A DNA stretch of 64,000 nt from Candidatus Gastranaerophilales bacterium (GTDB lineage: Bacteria > Cyanobacteriota > Vampirovibrionia > Gastranaerophilales > Gastranaerophilaceae). Numbering within the stretch: position 1 is the first letter of the stretch; the number at the start of each line of letters is the position of its first letter. Shown here in pieces: positions 59,986-64,000 of the stretch. The stretch lies in the NCBI GenBank assembly GCA_900769355.1, contig CAAGGG010000068.1, forward strand, positions 7,478 to 71,477, read 5' to 3'. The notes beneath the pieces are model-generated. The model saw nothing but the letters and a program-made list of their open reading frames with translations, made no database searches and was not told the origin of the DNA. Both the position numbers and the translations under genes were made by a program.

Positions 59986-60842
59986 TGAAAAAGATTATTT
60001 TAGGATTAGTATTATTGCTTGTTGCTCAGAATGTTCAGGCAAAAGATTGTGAAACATTAAAATGTCCTGCACCTTATGATTTAACGTCAGGTTTTTCTCG
60101 TGGGGTCAGTACTGTGACAGGTCAAAATTTTTTGGCAGAGCGAATTGGAGAAAGTTTAACTAAAAAAGCAATTAAGAAAAATATTACAAGCGGAGATGTG
60201 AAAGTTAAACTGGACTCTTTCAGTACAAGAGATTTGAAGGCCGGAAGGTTTAAGTCGCTTGAAATAATTGGTAAAAATGCTAATGTACAGGGCGTTTATA
60301 TCTCATCTTTTGATGCGAAAACGCTTTGCAATTTTAACTACGTAGCACCTGATAAAAAAGGAAATTACGTTGTAAAAGAAGATATTCCGCTTTCTTTTGA
60401 AGCTGAAATTACAGAAGATGACTTGAACAAAACTATGCAATCTTCTGATTACAAACGTATGATTGATGATTTGAACGGTGTTACGGGCGGATTGAATTTA
60501 TTTGAAATAACTTCTACTCGTGTAAAATTGAGAAATAACAAAATGTATTACGTTATGAATTATGCAATTCCTTTTGTGCGTAAGACAAAACAGCTTGTTA
60601 TCAGTGCTGATTTGAAGGTTGAAAACAACAAAATCTTACTCGCAAATACAACTTTTATGAATAACACAATGTCATTAGATGTTGATAAACTTTCAAGATT
60701 GTTTAATTATATTAACCCACTTGATTTTTCTGCTAAAATATTGGAGAATAAAGAGGCAAAATTTAGCGTAGAAACAGTCAAGATTTCTGACGGAAAAATA
60801 AAAATTGATGGAAAAGCGACAATTCTAAAGGATAAGGAATAG
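59985..60842 (+). CDS. Secreted hypothetical protein (285 aa)
   Basis: Signal peptide MKKIILGLVLLLVAQNVQA and no confident family. Confidence 0.45.
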   Translation: MKKIILGLVLLLVAQNVQAKDCETLKCPAPYDLTSGFSRGVSTVTGQNFLAERIGESLTKKAIKKNITSGDVKVKLDSFSTRDLKAGRFKSLEIIGKNANVQGVYISSFDAKTLCNFNYVAPDKKGNYVVKEDIPLSFEAEITEDDLNKTMQSSDYKRMIDDLNGVTGGLNLFEITSTRVKLRNNKMYYVMNYAIPFVRKTKQLVISADLKVENNKILLANTTFMNNTMSLDVDKLSRLFNYINPLDFSAKILENKEAKFSVETVKISDGKIKIDGKATILKDKE

Positions 60843-60845
60843 ATT

Positions 60846-61457
60846 ATGCGAAAGAATGAACGAGTTTTTTTAGGTGTTACAGCGGTTATAATGGTTGTTG
60901 TTTGCTGTGTTTTAGGTTTGAGAATGCTTTATCATAATGATGAAAATGTGTCAGGACCTTTGACGCCGGTTCCTGAAACTCAAATTCCACAAGAGCAAGA
61001 GGAGCAACCGGAAGTTCAAAAACCTGTGGAAAAAGTTTATGCCAATGTGTTTTTCATTGGACAAGACGGTTCTAAACAAGAAGTTTATAGAGCTGTAAAT
61101 CGTCAATATGACAAAGATGTAGATGGTTCAAAAATTAAGTTTGCAGTTCGTGCTTTGATTGCAGGTCCGACAGCTTATGAAAAATCAAAAGGAGTTTACT
61201 CTGAAATTCCTGCCGGAACTCGTGTTATTTCTATAACAGAAAGTTCTGACAAGGTTGTCATCAATTTGAACTCAGCGTTTGAAAACGGTGGTGGAACAGA
61301 TAGTTTGTACAAAAGGCTTTATCAGTTGATTAAAACTGCTAAACGAAACACAAATAAACCTGTTTACTTATACATTGAGGGACAAAAAGCAGATGTTATA
61401 GGTGGCGAAGGTATTATGATTACTCAGCCGTTGAATGAAAATTCGTTGGACGGTTAG
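60846..61457 (+). CDS. GerMN-domain protein
   Basis: N-terminal TM/signal. Segment VRALIAGPTAYEKSKGVYSEIPAGTRVISI...VVINLNSAF is GerM-like. Confidence 0.65.
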   Translation: MRKNERVFLGVTAVIMVVVCCVLGLRMLYHNDENVSGPLTPVPETQIPQEQEEQPEVQKPVEKVYANVFFIGQDGSKQEVYRAVNRQYDKDVDGSKIKFAVRALIAGPTAYEKSKGVYSEIPAGTRVISITESSDKVVINLNSAFENGGGTDSLYKRLYQLIKTAKRNTNKPVYLYIEGQKADVIGGEGIMITQPLNENSLDG

Positions 61458-61460
61458 CAG

Positions 61461-61730
61461 ATGGGTAACAAAGACTTAGATTACTACCTCGGACTTGATT
61501 GGAGCGTGATAGAGGGCGAAGATACCGATTTTGACGGTAATCCGTACCATTATATTGAGATAAAAGAAATTCCGAGTTTTTTGTTCTGTGCTAAAACTTC
61601 TGAAAGGGCAAGAGAACGATATAAACAGCAGCTTAAATGGACTTTGCAGGTAATGTTGGAAAGCGGAGAACATATTATTGAACCTGGAGAAGAAGACGAT
61701 GAACCTGATTGGGAAAATCTTTGTCCATAA
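61461..61730 (+). CDS. Acidic hypothetical protein (89 aa)
   Basis: ORF with no recognised motifs. Confidence 0.35.
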   Translation: MGNKDLDYYLGLDWSVIEGEDTDFDGNPYHYIEIKEIPSFLFCAKTSERARERYKQQLKWTLQVMLESGEHIIEPGEEDDEPDWENLCP

Positions 61731-61791
61731 GGAAGCTAAAATGTTGAGAAAGGACGAAGTTCTGAAAAAATAAGATATTAGAAGAACCTTC

Positions 61792-61801
61792 GGGGGGGGG
61801 G
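61792..61801. repeat. G10 homopolymeric tract followed by CAACTTCGAAG
   Basis: Counted from the sequence. It sits in the 5' region of pilin gene 61900, flanked by CTTCG/CGAAG. Confidence 0.85.
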
Positions 61802-61899
61802 CAACTTCGAAGACACGTTTAACGCGAATGAGAATTCTTCAGAGCCGAAAGAATCCAGCTTATTTATTGTATAATACAATTAAATTGAAAGGAATACAC

Positions 61900-62727
61900 A
61901 TGAATAATTTAACCGAAACAAACCACGCTTCTAAGTCTCTTGGCATCTTTGCATCTAAAACAGTTTCGTGTCGGCATAGCAATGCCGACCTACAAAAGAA
62001 AGTCGCGTTTACCTTAGCCGAAGTTCTCATTACCCTCGGCATCATCGGCGTTGTTGCGGCATTGACTCTTCCAACTGTCATTAAGTATTACAAGGCAAAG
62101 GTTTTGGAAACAGCATTCAAAAAAAGTGTCACAAACCTTTATCAAGCCTATGATCTCACAAGACAACAACTTGGTACTGATGAAATATACTCATATTATA
62201 CAATATATAGCAGCCAAACAAACTCATATCCAAATATACAAGAATTTCAAACAACCTTTGAAAATAATTTAAAAGTAATTAAAAATTCTACTAATTGGTG
62301 GGACTTTTATCCAATCTATAATTATAATAAGACCAAATTAACAACAGAAAACATTGGAACGGATTACCCTAATGCAACTAAAATTTTAGCAGATGGAAGT
62401 TCTTATAACATGCATGTAAATTTCGACGGAAATCAAATCGCAGTTCATATATATATTGATACAAATGGTCCATATAAAGGTCCAAATCAATATGGACATG
62501 ATATTTTTAAATTTCAAATCAGACATGATAATAAATTATCACCTGTAAAAATGAATAAATTATATACAGAAGAAGAACTTGAAAAAGCAAACTACAAAGA
62601 ATTAGTTGGCTATCCATGTTCTGTCAAAAGTAAACAAGCGACGAATGGTGCAGGGTGTTCTTATTACGCAATGAACAATATAAATCCTGATGATAATTCT
62701 AAAAAATATTGGGAAAGTTTGCCTTAA
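61900..62727 (+). CDS. Type IV pilin-like protein with a long MNNLTET leader (paralogue of 15268-16206)
   Basis: MNNLTETNHASKSLGIFASK...KKVA|FTLAEVLITLGIIGVVAALTLPTV. C-terminal motifs IDTNGPYKGPNQYGHDIF and NNINPDD.SKKYWESLP. The 5' cassette is near-identical to 15196-15345. Confidence 0.75.
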   Translation: MNNLTETNHASKSLGIFASKTVSCRHSNADLQKKVAFTLAEVLITLGIIGVVAALTLPTVIKYYKAKVLETAFKKSVTNLYQAYDLTRQQLGTDEIYSYYTIYSSQTNSYPNIQEFQTTFENNLKVIKNSTNWWDFYPIYNYNKTKLTTENIGTDYPNATKILADGSSYNMHVNFDGNQIAVHIYIDTNGPYKGPNQYGHDIFKFQIRHDNKLSPVKMNKLYTEEELEKANYKELVGYPCSVKSKQATNGAGCSYYAMNNINPDDNSKKYWESLP

Positions 62728-62775
62728 CAAGGATTCATTGTTGCGCTGCGTAAAAAATTATCCTCTTTGGCTATA

Positions 62776-62804
62776 TTGAAAATATAATCACTATATGTTA
62801 TAAT
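62776..62804 (+). promoter_or_regulatory. Strong sigma70-like promoter TTGAAA-17-TATAAT
   Basis: Read directly from the sequence. Confidence 0.55.
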
Positions 62805-62810
62805 GAAATT

Positions 62811-62989
62811 AGCTCTGTACGGGTGCTCATTTTGTTCCTACATTTATTATAAAAGGGAGAATTTGCTCCGATTGAGTGTGAAGTATACCCACCGATTGCA
62901 AAATCGCCAGTGGGAAACGGATAACTCAGGGCGTTCACCCACCTGCGAGACCACGCAGGTAACAAAATCACATTCGTATGGGGCTTTTT
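62811..62989 (+). ncRNA. Candidate roughly 180-nt structured sRNA, 6S (SsrS)-like architecture
   Basis: Consensus promoter upstream. The 5' end (gctctgtacgggtgctcattttgttcc) pairs imperfectly with the 3' end (ggtaacaaaatcacattcgtatggggc). Internal hairpins CCCAC-CGATT-GCAA-AATCG-CCAGTGGG and ACCTGCG..GCAGGT. A T5 run at 62985-89. No ORF. Confidence 0.35.
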
Positions 62990-63006
62990 ATGATGGATAG
63001 TGTGAA

Positions 63007-63639
63007 ATGGATATTGATATAGATAAAATTGTTGAGATTTTAAAAGAGGCAAAACAGCCGAAAAGTGATTTTGTCTTGCTCATGGATAACTTTAAGGATC
63101 CGTTTTTGGTCTTGATTGCGTGTATTTTGAGCCTTAGAACAAACGATAAGACAACATATCCAGCGACTTTAAGAATGTTAGAGCTCGGTAGAACTCCAAC
63201 GGATTTTGCAAAATGCGATGAAAAAGTTTTAGAAAAAGCAATTTATCCTGTCGGATTTTATTCTAATAAGGCTCGACAAATTGTCGAACTATCAAAAAGA
63301 CTTGTTGAAGATTATAATTCTCAAGTCCCTTGCTCTATTGAAGAACTCTGCAAGTTCAACGGTGTAGGACGAAAAACCGCAAATTTGACTCTTTCTCTCG
63401 GGTTCAGTAAACCGGCAATTTGTGTTGATGTTCACGTTCACAGAATTTTTAATCGCTTGGGCTACATTAAAACTAAAAATCCGGAAGAAACAGAATTCGC
63501 TCTGCGAAAAAAACTTCCGCAAAAGTATTGGATTGATATAAACACTTTGCTTGTAACTCACGGGCAAAATGTTTGCAAACCAATTAAACCTAAATGTTAT
63601 GAGTGTCCGATAAAAAATTATTGTGCAAAGTTAATATAA
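63007..63639 (+). CDS. nth: Endonuclease III
   Basis: HhH-GPD motif LCKFNGVGRKTANL and a C-terminal 4Fe-4S cluster CKPIKPKCYECPIKNYC. Confidence 0.9.
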   Translation: MDIDIDKIVEILKEAKQPKSDFVLLMDNFKDPFLVLIACILSLRTNDKTTYPATLRMLELGRTPTDFAKCDEKVLEKAIYPVGFYSNKARQIVELSKRLVEDYNSQVPCSIEELCKFNGVGRKTANLTLSLGFSKPAICVDVHVHRIFNRLGYIKTKNPEETEFALRKKLPQKYWIDINTLLVTHGQNVCKPIKPKCYECPIKNYCAKLI

Positions 63640-63702
63640 TTTAACAAAATAGCAAAAATTTTGTTTATGAAACTTCTAATAAGAAAATAGAAAGGTAAAA
63701 TA

Positions 63703-64000
63703 ATGAGAATTGGCAGAATTATAAACAATTTGCAAGAAAGATTAAGAATAAACAAGTTGGTACAGCATGATAAAAAGATAGACTCTTTTGTCACTATACA
63801 TGATGACGGTTTTAATAAAGTTAATATGAGAAAAGTATATCAGGCAAAAGAGGTTTTGGCGAATTACGCAGAACAAAAAGGTATTCATGTTGATGTGTTT
63901 GATAAGCTTCCGGAAGCTGAGGCATTGAAGCATGAAGGCGAAGCAATCACAAATCACGATGTCTTTTTAAAGGTTACAGATGACATAACAGGAAAAGAAA
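63703..64000 (+). CDS. Hypothetical protein, N-terminal fragment (runs off the window end)
   Basis: Open frame from ATG 63703 (SD AAAGG) to the window end. Not in the ORF track, presumably because it is edge-truncated. Confidence 0.4.
   Translation, partial: MRIGRIINNLQERLRINKLVQHDKKIDSFVTIHDDGFNKVNMRKVYQAKEVLANYAEQKGIHVDVFDKLPEAEALKHEGEAITNHDVFLKVTDDITGKE

Overview
This is an AT-rich bacterial chromosomal segment of roughly 35% GC by eye. Housekeeping genes identified from the translations are pyk, pgi, clpC, aspS, ribF, rbfA-truB, rsgA, folK, queH, nth, rluD-like, malQ-like, a DAHP synthase and a polyprenyl synthase, plus tRNA-fMet and tRNA-Glu. An SLH-domain protein, a VKOR-DsbA fusion and a GerM-domain protein suggest a diderm organism of a Cyanobacteria/Melainabacteria-like or related lineage, held tentatively.

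Accessory content:
- A degenerate roughly 4.3-kb prophage remnant sits at tRNA-fMet, with a 45-bp att direct repeat, an integrase pseudogene and a GH24-lysozyme lysis cassette.
- At least seven dispersed type IV pilin-like genes share an A|FTLAE(V/I)LIT class-III signal and a C-terminal D(I/V)NGxKxPNxxGxDxF motif. Two carry a long MNNLTET leader encoded in a near-identical roughly 170-bp 5' cassette.
- There are five G(8-10)CAA homopolymeric tracts. Two sit in coding context, where a one-base change switches pilin reading frames; one sits in a promoter spacer.
- A family of MITE/REP-like palindromic repeats with a CGTCATTCTGA core is present, including a 257-bp element with 38-bp perfect TIRs. 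A DUF559 endonuclease gene is nested in direct and inverted repeats.
- Two candidate structured sRNAs were found, one 6S-like upstream of nth.

The most interesting hypothesis is a phase- or antigenically variable pilin repertoire built on homopolymer slippage plus conserved recombination cassettes. No CRISPR array or rRNA was seen.
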